Source: a virus (taxonomy: Duplodnaviria; Heunggongvirae; Uroviricota; Caudoviricetes). Taken from it: a stretch of 64,000 nucleotides of DNA. Shown here one piece after another: positions 1 to 8,603 of the stretch; positions within the stretch are counted from its first letter, which is position 1, and each line of letters starts with the position of its first letter. The position numbers and the translations under genes were made by a program. The stretch spans positions 23,342 through 87,341 of the IMG/VR virus record IMGVR_UViG_2529293038_000017. One strand, given 5' to 3'. A model generated the notes under the pieces. It made no database searches and had not been told where the DNA came from. It was given only the letters and a program-made list of their open reading frames with translations.

Positions 1-1668
1 CGGGGCCGGTTCTGGCTGAGTAATCTCACCGACTTCGGCCTGCAATGCATTGATCATGCTCTGCACCATTTTCTCGGTGCCAGCGCCCCCAGGAAACGCA
101 ATATTGGGGAAAGTTTTTTGAAACTGAGTTTTCAGCATTACGCGGAACTCGTCTGGTGAGCTGGTGGCCAGCTCCAGAGCTTTTTGTGCATATTTGCCAA
201 ACGGACCATTAGTAAGTGTCTTCGCCAGGAAGTCGAAAGAATCCTCGCGAGGCAATAACTTCAGGTCGTACTCACTCATTTGCTGATCAGAAAGCGGGGT
301 ATCGTAAGTAGCAATGCCGTAGCGTGCATATTCATAATACGGGTCACCTTCATCAGGGCGCGGCAGAATTGCTTTGTTACCTTCAGGTATTGCGCCAGGG
401 GCCGCCGGACGCATTTGCAGGGCATATCGATATGCACCTACAGAGACTTCTGGTTCAGGCGAAGAGCTACCGGTATCCTCCGCTGGTTCAGGTTCGACGT
501 TTTCCGGTTTATGTTCTTCTGGTTGGACCAGGTATTCCGATACATTACCCGCTTTATAGGCTTTAAACAGCTTGCCGATCGCATCTGCCATGTCCACACC
601 CTGTATGGATTTAGCCTTGATCATGTATACGCTGCCATCCGGATCGGTTAACTGGATATACCCTTCGCCGCCCCCAATGAATTGCTTCATTGATGCACCA
701 TTACTGAGCGTCACTTCCCCGTCCATATGCATACGATTTTTGATACTGGCAAGGCGATCCGTCAGCGCGCGAGAGTGCCCACCAGTCATCCCCGCTGGAG
801 CAATGGTATCGCGCCCACCAGTGCGATTGAGCTGATTAATCTCCGTCTGCAAACGCTCATTCTCTTCATAAAGAGAATCCGCTTCCGATGCAACAGCGTT
901 AATTTTCTGCTCCAGATCTGCCTTCTGCCCTTCTACCGCTGCCACCTGATCCGCGAGGTCGCTCATGGCATCCTCTTTCTGGTCACTGTCAGCCTGTAGT
1001 TGGGTTATTTCATCAACAAGGGCTTTTTTCTTCTTCTGCGCACGCTGGAATTTTGCCGAGTTTTTCTCTGCAAGGTTGGCAAGTTTCATGGTGACCTGCG
1101 CCAGCGTCATATCACGTCCACTCATCGGAGCAACGGTGTGAGTAACGTCTTTTTTATTCAGTAAGAACTGGAAAGCAACCAGCGTATCGCTATTGGTGAT
1201 CCGGTTTTCCGCTGTCGGGCTATGAAACAGAATGCTGATAGTCTGACCATCACTGAGCGGAATAATGGCTGGCAAGACCGGCAGCCCGTTAACGTTACGT
1301 GCCCGGCCAATTTCAGCGCCGCCGATCGCGCGCGCGCCGCTCTGGGCCACATCCCCCGTTTTATCACTCCCCGCAGAGATTCCGGTACCATTCAGCTTCT
1401 GGTTCAATGCCCGGACAAATGCCTGCATGGTCCGGTGTAACTGCAAACGAGTAGAACTAATCGCCTCCAGTAAATCCGTAGCACACCAGTGGATCGGCGT
1501 GTCATAGAAGAACGTAGCCTCGATTTCCTCCAGGGTGTTGGATTCCGTCATCAGATAGCGGTCCTCACCGGCCATTAATGCGCGATATTCATCATCAGTC
1601 ACTGGCGGGGGAAGCACGTCAAGCCCAGGCTTGATCGTCACCCCTTTATTGATATTGAACTGTTCCAT
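1..1668 (-). CDS. large coiled-coil protein, 5' part only (ATG at 1668, runs off window edge); DarA-like antirestriction/head protein suggested by position only
   Basis: Manual translation gives 556 open codons on minus strand to position 1; RBS AGGAAA 6 nt upstream of ATG. Absent from ORF track because edge-truncated. Product by synteny with P1 dar operon (recollection). Confidence 0.45.
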   Translation of the reverse strand, partial: MEQFNINKGVTIKPGLDVLPPPVTDDEYRALMAGEDRYLMTESNTLEEIEATFFYDTPIHWCATDLLEAISSTRLQLHRTMQAFVRALNQKLNGTGISAGSDKTGDVAQSGARAIGGAEIGRARNVNGLPVLPAIIPLSDGQTISILFHSPTAENRITNSDTLVAFQFLLNKKDVTHTVAPMSGRDMTLAQVTMKLANLAEKNSAKFQRAQKKKKALVDEITQLQADSDQKEDAMSDLADQVAAVEGQKADLEQKINAVASEADSLYEENERLQTEINQLNRTGGRDTIAPAGMTGGHSRALTDRLASIKNRMHMDGEVTLSNGASMKQFIGGGEGYIQLTDPDGSVYMIKAKSIQGVDMADAIGKLFKAYKAGNVSEYLVQPEEHKPENVEPEPAEDTGSSSPEPEVSVGAYRYALQMRPAAPGAIPEGNKAILPRPDEGDPYYEYARYGIATYDTPLSDQQMSEYDLKLLPREDSFDFLAKTLTNGPFGKYAQKALELATSSPDEFRVMLKTQFQKTFPNIAFPGGAGTEKMVQSMINALQAEVGEITQPEPAP

Positions 1669-1669
1669 G

Positions 1670-2272
1670 TTAATTTCCTGCTTTCAGTTGCTTAAGACGG
1701 CGTTTGAGTTCGCCATTTCGGGCCTTTTCGTTATTGAGTCGGCCTGTCTCCTTATCCAGCTTCGCTCGCAAATCAGTGATCTGCTGTTGATTGAAAGACA
1801 CCGAGTTCTGCGCTGATTTATAAGCGGCAACCACCTGAGCATTCCGCTGTTTTGCCTCTTGCAGGCGCTGAAAGTTGGATTTTACTGCCGGTTTCTTGTC
1901 TACCGGATTGGCAACACGTTTCGCTTTGGCGATCAGTGATTTCTGGAATTTTGCGGAGTTTTTGCGGGCCGCTTGCCCCATGACGGTACCAAGCGTCTTG
2001 ATATCCGGCGATTGAGCGTTAGGAATAGCTTTTCCATTCAGCCTCACAGACGATATATCGCCAGTATCGTTTACCTGTATGGCAAGAATTTGTCCGTCGT
2101 TAAGAACCAGCTTTGCGGTTTTAACTTTAACGCCATCTTTCGTTGTTGCGCGGTTGCTGGAGTCAACCTCAATTACCGTAACACCGGTTTTATTGATCGC
2201 CGCGATAAGGGATTTCAGCCCCTTTTCATTAACCTGGTCAAAATCGACCGTTGCATACTTATTTTTCGTCAT
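1670..2272 (-). CDS. coiled-coil protein, Hdf-like by position (about 200 aa)
   Basis: ORF 1670..2281; start moved to second ATG (MTKNKYA) with AGGA 8 nt upstream; Lys/Gln-rich coiled-coil C-terminus; coupled to upstream gene. Confidence 0.5.
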   Translation of the reverse strand: MTKNKYATVDFDQVNEKGLKSLIAAINKTGVTVIEVDSSNRATTKDGVKVKTAKLVLNDGQILAIQVNDTGDISSVRLNGKAIPNAQSPDIKTLGTVMGQAARKNSAKFQKSLIAKAKRVANPVDKKPAVKSNFQRLQEAKQRNAQVVAAYKSAQNSVSFNQQQITDLRAKLDKETGRLNNEKARNGELKRRLKQLKAGN

Positions 2273-2702
2273 CTGACACATCCTGTGCGAGATTTATTAC
2301 GTAACTTCTGCGGATTTGCTGAGTAACAGGGAAAATCCGATACAACGGGTTAATGAACGAGTCGCCATGCGTAACCATGACGTTGAAATGCCACAGTCGC
2401 TCTCCTTTACCCATATATTCAGTGGGTATGTACAACCATTCACTGTTTTCGCCCTGTTCAGCCGACGTCAAACAACGTTGTTCGCCTTCAATCACTGTCG
2501 TCGGCTTCTGAACATCGCGGATCCAATATCTGACCGTTGCGCCGCGCAAAAACGGGAATTTAGACCGGTATTTGAACGGCACCCGGATGAAACCCGGTTT
2601 AATTTCCACATCACCAAGTTCTAAATGCGTGATGTCCTTGCGTTTTAGCAAATAGCGATCGGCTAAGGCTAACGCAAGAACGCATACACCCCAGCCAATC
2701 AT
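2259..2702 (-). CDS. soluble 147-aa protein in lysis-gene cluster (LydB-like antiholin candidate)
   Basis: ORF in track; ATGA start/stop overlap with upstream holin-like gene; function from context only. Confidence 0.4.
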   Translation of the reverse strand: MIGWGVCVLALALADRYLLKRKDITHLELGDVEIKPGFIRVPFKYRSKFPFLRGATVRYWIRDVQKPTTVIEGEQRCLTSAEQGENSEWLYIPTEYMGKGERLWHFNVMVTHGDSFINPLYRIFPVTQQIRRSYVINLAQDVSDDEK

Positions 2703-3028
2703 TTCCCGCCTCCCTTTTTCACCAAACTTGTAAGAACATTCAGAATGCTATCGATATTCACTCGTTTCATCCCTGAAATCACCTCATGACCGTTATTGCT
2801 GGCTATCGTTACCATTAAGTACGTAATTGATAACTCCCAGCCCTCGTGTTGCCCCAATAGGTACGCCACCGCGCCAGCTGTCACTGCAACAAAGATCTCC
2901 GTAACCAATCCCAACAAATTGCCAGACTGGCGACCGTCTCGGACATCCATCAGGAACGTGCCTATCCCACCAATTACTGAAAGCAGGAGCGCAATAGCAA
3001 CTGGAGCTAATTCCTGTGTGTCAAGCAC
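2699..3028 (-). CDS. holin-like membrane protein (LydA-like)
   Basis: 109 aa with hydrophobic helices (AIALLLSVIGGIGTFL, IFVAVTAGAVAYLLG) and charged C-terminus KKGGGK. Confidence 0.5.
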   Translation of the reverse strand: MLDTQELAPVAIALLLSVIGGIGTFLMDVRDGRQSGNLLGLVTEIFVAVTAGAVAYLLGQHEGWELSITYLMVTIASNNGHEVISGMKRVNIDSILNVLTSLVKKGGGK

Positions 3029-3102
3029 AAGTTCCCTCCTACGTTGTCAGGAGGTAATGGTATGCAAAGTAACTTCTCAACCGGTTATGTTGCATAAGAG
3101 AC

Positions 3103-3366
3103 TTACCTATTCAACCGACTTTTGGAACCTTCAATAATAAGCCTGCTATTGGCGCTGAAAATAAGAACCATGCAGCTCTGAAGGCTTTCATTCATATCCT
3201 TATATTCCGCGAGATACATGCCAATAAAGCCAGCAAGTACGGCGGAAATACATTCGGCCAGCAATTTCTTGCATGAAGACTCGTAACGGTTTTCACATAG
3301 CCCACTCAAATACGAATACACCCCACCAAGAAGGGATAACATCACGATATGTACATAAAATGTCAT
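3103..3366 (-). CDS. small membrane protein (87 aa)
   Basis: ORF in track; two hydrophobic segments; first gene of the minus-strand lysis/dar operon. Confidence 0.4.
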   Translation of the reverse strand: MTFYVHIVMLSLLGGVYSYLSGLCENRYESSCKKLLAECISAVLAGFIGMYLAEYKDMNESLQSCMVLIFSANSRLIIEGSKSRLNR

Positions 3367-3493
3367 TTTTTACCTATACAACAGTAAGTTGAACAACATC
3401 TGAGAACGGTATGCACTTTGTGATTTCCACACACACTGGTTTTGTTAATTAAAACCTGTAGCTTGCAATAAATAACGATAGTGGGCAGAAAAT

Positions 3494-3670
3494 ATGCTAA
3501 TAGGCTATGTACGCATATAGACAAATGAACAAAACACAGCTATGCAGTGAAAAGCACTTGAAAGCGCAGGATGTGAGCTAATTTTTGCGAATAAGGCGAG
3601 CAGCAAAAAGGCTGGGCACCCTGGGTTAAAAAAGGTTCTGCGTATGCTTTCCAGAGGTGATACCCTAGTC
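3494..3670 (+). pseudogene. remnant of a second serine DNA invertase (Cin/Gin/Hin family) N-terminus with in-frame stops
   Basis: Reads MLIGYVRI*TNEQNTAMQ*KALESAGCELIFANKASSKKAGHPGLKKVLRMLSRGDTLV, aligning to the Cin N-terminus in this window (MQIGYIRVSTNDQNT...GDTLVVWKLDRLGRS); the catalytic Ser codon is TAG; homology ends at 3670. Confidence 0.65.
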
Positions 3671-3801
3671 TCGGGCTAGGGACAACATTTCGAGGACAGT
3701 TTTCATTAGCGGTCAGCAGGCGCTAGATACATCGAATTGATGTGCCGCGCGATAAATGTACCTATTCTATCAAGATAAATTACACCGACGCGGCATTAGA
3801 A

Positions 3802-4374
3802 TTACAGCTCAGATTGAGTTTGGCGCTTCTCTACAGGATGATAACGATAAATCGTCGATACACCGATATCGTAAATAATTGCCAACTGTTTCCTGCTGTA
3901 GCCATTTTCGATCAACCTCGCTATTTGCTCATGTTGTTCTTTTGTCAACTTCGGGCGACGTCCGCCAATGCGTCCCTGTTCGCGTGCAGCTGCCAGTCCG
4001 GCCAGTGTTCTCTCAACAATTAATTCACGTTCCATTTCTGCTAAAGCCCCCATGACGTGAAAAAAGAAACGCCCCATGGGTGTTGATGTGTCAATACTGT
4101 CTGTCAGACTACGGAAATTAACACCTTTTTCCCGCAACTCCTCTATAAGCGTGATAAGGTGTTTCATACTTCTGCCAAGCCTATCCAGCTTCCAGACAAC
4201 CAGCGTATCTCCTTCTGATAACGTTCTGAGCAGCTTTTTCAAGCCTGGTCTGGCTGACTTTGTTCCGCTTATTTTATCTTCAAAAATCAGTTCACATCCT
4301 GCGCAGTTCAGTGCATTTCTTTGTAAATCTGTGTTTTGGTCATTTGTTGACACACGAATGTAGCCAATTTGCAT
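3802..4374 (-). CDS. cin: Cin-type serine DNA invertase
   Basis: IGYIRVSTNDQ catalytic motif, LDRLGRS, C-terminal HTH; start set to ATG 4374 (AAGAGG 9 nt upstream) rather than track TTG at 4383; adjacent to invertible fibre segment. Confidence 0.9.
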   Translation of the reverse strand: MQIGYIRVSTNDQNTDLQRNALNCAGCELIFEDKISGTKSARPGLKKLLRTLSEGDTLVVWKLDRLGRSMKHLITLIEELREKGVNFRSLTDSIDTSTPMGRFFFHVMGALAEMERELIVERTLAGLAAAREQGRIGGRRPKLTKEQHEQIARLIENGYSRKQLAIIYDIGVSTIYRYHPVEKRQTQSEL

Positions 4375-4427
4375 GAAAAACAACCTCTTTGTTTAGTTAA
4401 AAATACATCGTTGGTATAGGTAGGGAT

Positions 4428-4453
4428 TAAGACTAAAACGTTGGTTTGGGAGA
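4428..4453. other. cix-like crossover site (left boundary of invertible segment)
   Basis: TAAGACTAAAACGTTGGTTTGGGAGAA; right half is reverse complement of left half of the site at 6010..6035; hix/gix-like AAACC-NN-GGTTT core. Confidence 0.5.
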
Positions 4454-4943
4454 AGGCTCTGCATTACCTGTTGGTGTCCCTGTTCCGTGGCCTTCAGCCA
4501 CTCCGCCAACAGGCTGGCTGAAATGCAACGGTGCGGCTTTTTCTGCTGAAGAATACCCGGAACTGGCAAAGGCTTACCCGACAAATAAATTGCCTGATTT
4601 ACGTGGTGAGTTCATTCGTGGCTGGGATGACGGGCGCGGGATTGATCCAGGTCGCTCTATTTTAAGCGAGCAAGGATATGCAACGGAGGATCATGCTCAC
4701 GGATTACCGTCAAAATCAACCGTAGCAACTGACAGCTCAATTAATTTCTACTTTGACGAGGCATGGGCTACTAGTGGTAATACGGGAGTTATCAGATGGG
4801 GGAACACAAGCGATGCAGGATTGCCAGCCCCTAATTATGGAACTTTTAAAACATATAAACAGTCCGTAGCTAATTTAGGTACTGCTGGCTTAGAAACCCG
4901 CCCTCGTAATATTGCATTTAATTATATTGTGAGGGCGGATTAA
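4446..4943 (+). CDS. silent alternative tail-fibre C-terminal cassette (Sv'-like); expressed only after inversion fuses it to the S constant part
   Basis: N-terminal ~65 aa (GEGSALPVGVPVPWPSATPPTGWLKCNGAAFS...DLRGEFIRGWDDGRG) and C-terminal ETRPRNIAFNYIVRA are shared with the S C-terminus on the opposite strand; middle differs. Confidence 0.6.
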   Translation: MGEGSALPVGVPVPWPSATPPTGWLKCNGAAFSAEEYPELAKAYPTNKLPDLRGEFIRGWDDGRGIDPGRSILSEQGYATEDHAHGLPSKSTVATDSSINFYFDEAWATSGNTGVIRWGNTSDAGLPAPNYGTFKTYKQSVANLGTAGLETRPRNIAFNYIVRAD

Positions 4944-4948
4944 TTATA

Positions 4949-5560
4949 TCAACTGGCTGTAGAAAGTTGTTTTTCAGGCCAGTTGAGATCTGGTGCCGTG
5001 GTTAAATCCATCGCGTTCAGCTCGTCTATATAATCTAGCACGGAGTTAAGCTGCGTGGTTTCTGCCTGCGTCAACTTCCGTCCAGCCCGTAATTTCAACT
5101 GAATCAGACTAATGGAATCCATCGCAGTATCAATCAATGACTGACGTTTTGTTTCTGCTGCCTCTACAGCTGCACTATGTTGAGCCTCAGTATCAACCAC
5201 CCATTTCTCTCCATCCCATTTGTCGTATGGTGTTAGCGGGGCGATAGTGGTTGTATTTTCCGGATAGTCACCCAACACCGTGATTTCTTCGGGATTCCCT
5301 GTGTCAATGCTATAGACAGTTTCGCCACGATGATCTGGCACATACTCCCATGAACTTAAATCCTCTGAACGGAGAATCGCATAACCTGCTTTATGTGAGC
5401 CTGGAGCATCCAAACAAGAATGTGCCGGAATACCAACGCCAACAGCAAGATATTCAGTTGATGCAGAAATATATTCCCGATTACCACCATCATAGTTATA
5501 AACGATAATGTTTCCTGCCTGTATGGCTATAAGTTCGCTATTTAATATCGCATTATCCAT
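4949..5560 (-). CDS. tail fibre assembly chaperone (U/Tfa-like)
   Basis: 203 aa; start overlaps S stop (TAATG); Tfa-type C-terminus (VLDYIDELNAMD); lies inside the invertible segment. Confidence 0.75.
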   Translation of the reverse strand: MDNAILNSELIAIQAGNIIVYNYDGGNREYISASTEYLAVGVGIPAHSCLDAPGSHKAGYAILRSEDLSSWEYVPDHRGETVYSIDTGNPEEITVLGDYPENTTTIAPLTPYDKWDGEKWVVDTEAQHSAAVEAAETKRQSLIDTAMDSISLIQLKLRAGRKLTQAETTQLNSVLDYIDELNAMDLTTAPDLNWPEKQLSTAS

Positions 5561-7239
5561 TATGCTGCTCTCACAATATAATTGAAGGCAATGTTACGTG
5601 GGCGGGTTTCATTCCCCCCAGATAACTCCGTTCTGTATTGACTGGTAAATTTACCATTAATCGCTCCTTCTTGGACGGCGTTATCTGTCGACAACAGGCT
5701 ATCCCCCCCTCTGTCATTTGGCACCAATACCGTGTTATCCCACGCGTCCCATGACCGAATATTATGATAATGACTTCCTGTTAACCACCCCTGTATGCTT
5801 AAGATGACCCTTCCCGCATCCACACCTCGCCCATCATCCCAACCACGGATAAACTCACCGCGTAAATCAGGTAATTTTAACGTTGGGTAAACCTTTGCCA
5901 GATTTGGGTACTTTTCAGAAGAAAATGCTGCTCCGTTACATTTCAGCCACCCCGTTGGTGGTGTGGCTGAGGGCCATGGAACAGGTACACCAACGGGCAG
6001 CGCCGAGCCTTCCCCTAAACCAAGGTAATTAAGAACGCTCTGAATACTGGGCTTACTAAGAATTGCACGTCCAACACTTGTCAGTGCAGTTAACGCGGCA
6101 CGATCAACCCCTGTGAAATAAGGGAGTTTATCTGCTGCGGTAGCTAGTGCCGCTAGAGCAGTGAGCGTAGCGTCTGCCGCTTGCTTTCCATTAGCCAAAT
6201 CATATGCAGCCTTGACAGCTTTCGGTGTAGCGGCCAGCACTTCAGACGTGCTGTTAGTGGCACTACTGAGCTGAGTGATGCCTTTCGCTGTCAATGAAGC
6301 TGTTGGCACACCAGTAATCTGATTCCAGGGATGTGTATGACTGGATGGTGCCTTTCCGGCTGCTAGATCGTATGCAGCTTTAACCGCTTTTGGCGTTGCA
6401 GCTAATGTTTCAGAAGTGCTGTTGGTGTCGCTACTGAGCTGAACTATCCCTTTTTGTGTCGTGGTTGCATCCTGGGCTGTATACTTCCCGTTAGCCAGGT
6501 CATATGCAGCCTTGACAGCTTTCGGTGTGGCGGCCAGCACTTCAGACGTGCTGTTAGTGGCACTACTGAGCTGAACTAATCCCTTTTGCGTTGTGCTTGC
6601 ATCCTGCGCCGTATACTTGCTTTTCGCCAGATCGTAGGCTTTTTTAACTGCCAGCGAACTCGCAGCAACATCACTTCTGGTACTGGTTACAGAGTCTGAA
6701 ATATCAATGCCGATCGTGCGGTTGATACGCTCGGATGTATCAATCATCTCTTGAGTAATGGTAGATACGCCAGCAGGGATATTCACCGTACAAACCAGCA
6801 GTTCCCCATCACCTAACTGATATGAATCGGTATAGGTTCTGGCAACAAATTCAGCTGCATGAATATGTGACGCGGTATTCACCTGATAGGTATCTTCTCC
6901 AAGAAGGTATCTTCCCTTCAGCACAATTGCATATTTCTTGCCTGCGTTAAGTGCAAGAGAGATATCCTTACGATGCTGAATAGTTACCTGGTAGAATTCA
7001 CCAATATCCACTGACGCCGCGCCAGCGGTTTTATCTCCATCCACTGAGGTGATTAACAGGTTCATCCCACCGCCAGGCTTAGGCAAGAAACCAGCATAAA
7101 ATCCCGGGTCAACAATTCCCCTGAATTTTCGGTTTAGAGCGGCTGACAGATATGGTTCGTGGTATTGCACATCAGCCACCAGAGCCAACGACTCGGGTGA
7201 TGGGTAAGTAACCGATGTAACAACTGTAACGTCATTCAT
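5560..7239 (-). CDS. tail fibre protein S (constant part plus currently expressed variable part)
   Basis: Repeated fibre motifs (KAVKAAYDLA..KYTAQDA.TTQKG.VQLSS.TNSTSE, 3-4 copies), C-terminal NETRPRNIAFNYIVRA; start set to ATG 7239 (AAGGA upstream, just after R stop) rather than 7326. Confidence 0.8.
   Translation of the reverse strand: MNDVTVVTSVTYPSPESLALVADVQYHEPYLSAALNRKFRGIVDPGFYAGFLPKPGGGMNLLITSVDGDKTAGAASVDIGEFYQVTIQHRKDISLALNAGKKYAIVLKGRYLLGEDTYQVNTASHIHAAEFVARTYTDSYQLGDGELLVCTVNIPAGVSTITQEMIDTSERINRTIGIDISDSVTSTRSDVAASSLAVKKAYDLAKSKYTAQDASTTQKGLVQLSSATNSTSEVLAATPKAVKAAYDLANGKYTAQDATTTQKGIVQLSSDTNSTSETLAATPKAVKAAYDLAAGKAPSSHTHPWNQITGVPTASLTAKGITQLSSATNSTSEVLAATPKAVKAAYDLANGKQAADATLTALAALATAADKLPYFTGVDRAALTALTSVGRAILSKPSIQSVLNYLGLGEGSALPVGVPVPWPSATPPTGWLKCNGAAFSSEKYPNLAKVYPTLKLPDLRGEFIRGWDDGRGVDAGRVILSIQGWLTGSHYHNIRSWDAWDNTVLVPNDRGGDSLLSTDNAVQEGAINGKFTSQYRTELSGGNETRPRNIAFNYIVRAA
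6010..6035. other. cix-like crossover site (right boundary, inside S)
   Basis: TTCCCCTAAACCAAGGTAATTAAGAA; inverted relative to 4428..4453; ~200 bp of ~80% identical inverted sequence flank both sites inward. Confidence 0.5.
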
Positions 7240-7250
7240 CAAGCATATCC

Positions 7251-7685
7251 TTATGCTGTAGTCGAGTTTATGGCCATAACTGCGGTATATGTTTTGCCCA
7301 CATACAGCGAGTCTTCCTGGACACAAATAATGGCGATTGGCTTATTCTCGTTATCCAGAACAACCAGAGTGTTGAATGGGTAGTTTTTCCCTTCCTGCAA
7401 CTGACTTTGATCAAGGTCCATTCGGACAGTAATTATCCCGCCTGAGTAGGTTGGGACGAGGTTGATGGTGCAAAATTGACTGGTCAGTTCTGCCAGATCG
7501 AAAGCCTTTGGCAGTTCTCCAATCTCATAAGTGCCATCTCCTTTCTTAGTAACCAGTGAACTGGTACCGAAAACGGCCTTGCTGATTAAAAATCGAGAGC
7601 CTTTGTTAATGGACGATTCAGCGCGCCGCTGATAGTAATAGTCCAACAACTGACTCTTATAGAGGTTTGTTGAGACGTCAGACAT
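7251..7685 (-). CDS. tail fibre/baseplate-associated protein (R-like, 144 aa)
   Basis: ORF immediately upstream of S in the same operon. Confidence 0.5.
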   Translation of the reverse strand: MSDVSTNLYKSQLLDYYYQRRAESSINKGSRFLISKAVFGTSSLVTKKGDGTYEIGELPKAFDLAELTSQFCTINLVPTYSGGIITVRMDLDQSQLQEGKNYPFNTLVVLDNENKPIAIICVQEDSLYVGKTYTAVMAINSTTA

Positions 7686-7763
7686 GATTTTCCCTAATCA
7701 ATGTTGTGAAGCCTCATTGTAAGATAAGTAACTTGTCACCCCGCCCTGCGGACGGGGTGATTG

Positions 7764-8603
7764 TCACGCATCGCTATCCAACAGCAAATCATCTGCGCGG
7801 GTGCGATCAAACGTAGGCGTTGCTTTCACAATAGTGCCGCCCGGCGTTGCAGTGATCGGGGCGTTAATCGACGTAACTTCAGTAAGCGAAGTTGTATCCG
7901 AAGTTTCAAACCAGCAGAATGCTTTTTCGGTATCAGAAATCTCATTCAAAGTGATCATGTCGGCCTGTTCATTTACAACAACCGACAAATAGAGCGTAAG
8001 CCCATCAAACACTATATGCAGTGGCAGTAGAGGCTTTACGAACTGATTAAACTTTCTGAGAATTTCTTCTGTAATTGCGGACTGATCTATCGTTCCAGTA
8101 ATACCCATTGTCCGGGCCAGGTCGTTTATGGGAATACTGATCATTCCTCTGGAAGTCAGAAACATCTCGCCGAATGTGCCGCCGGTGGTTTCCAGTGTGC
8201 TTTCTGGAATCAGGACCGTGCCATAGGGATGACGTTCAAAGTCCACCGGAGCATATATTGGATCCCATAAAACCGATATACCGTTAAATTCGCGATAAAT
8301 TGTCTGGTTTATAGGGCGTTCAGTACCCTTAAAATGGATCTCATCAAACCGCTGTTGTAACAACATCGGAACGGAAGATGAATTCGACGTTCTGATAGTA
8401 AAAAACTGGCCAAGTTCATTTGTCCTAGTCTCCAGATCCTCCTTGCTCATGGAGAAAATAGACTTCCGGTTGGTAATTCGCTCCAACCATGGGTCAACAA
8501 AGGTGTCCATCATTGACTGAACCAAATCAGCCAATGATTTATAAAGTAATGACTTTTGCTTAGCTGATGTAAGCCGGTTATTAAACCAGGAACGCTGCAT
8601 CAC
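7764..8603 (-). CDS. baseplate/tail structural protein (279 aa)
   Basis: ORF in tail operon; ATGA overlap with upstream gene. Confidence 0.45.
   Translation of the reverse strand: MMQRSWFNNRLTSAKQKSLLYKSLADLVQSMMDTFVDPWLERITNRKSIFSMSKEDLETRTNELGQFFTIRTSNSSSVPMLLQQRFDEIHFKGTERPINQTIYREFNGISVLWDPIYAPVDFERHPYGTVLIPESTLETTGGTFGEMFLTSRGMISIPINDLARTMGITGTIDQSAITEEILRKFNQFVKPLLPLHIVFDGLTLYLSVVVNEQADMITLNEISDTEKAFCWFETSDTTSLTEVTSINAPITATPGGTIVKATPTFDRTRADDLLLDSDA

Noticed and set aside
280-1507. Plus-strand ORFs of 61-123 aa (280..651, 572..835, 727..999, 1265..1507) and minus ORF 1158..1391
   Set aside because: They lie antisense or out of frame within the long minus-strand gene that is open from 1668 to the window edge; no RBS; composition typical of shadow ORFs.
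7738-7762. GC-rich hairpin TCACCCCG...CGGGGTGA between the baseplate gene and R considered as terminator
   Set aside because: No adjacent U-tract on either strand and it lies inside an operon; may be an RNA stability element but not supported as a terminator.
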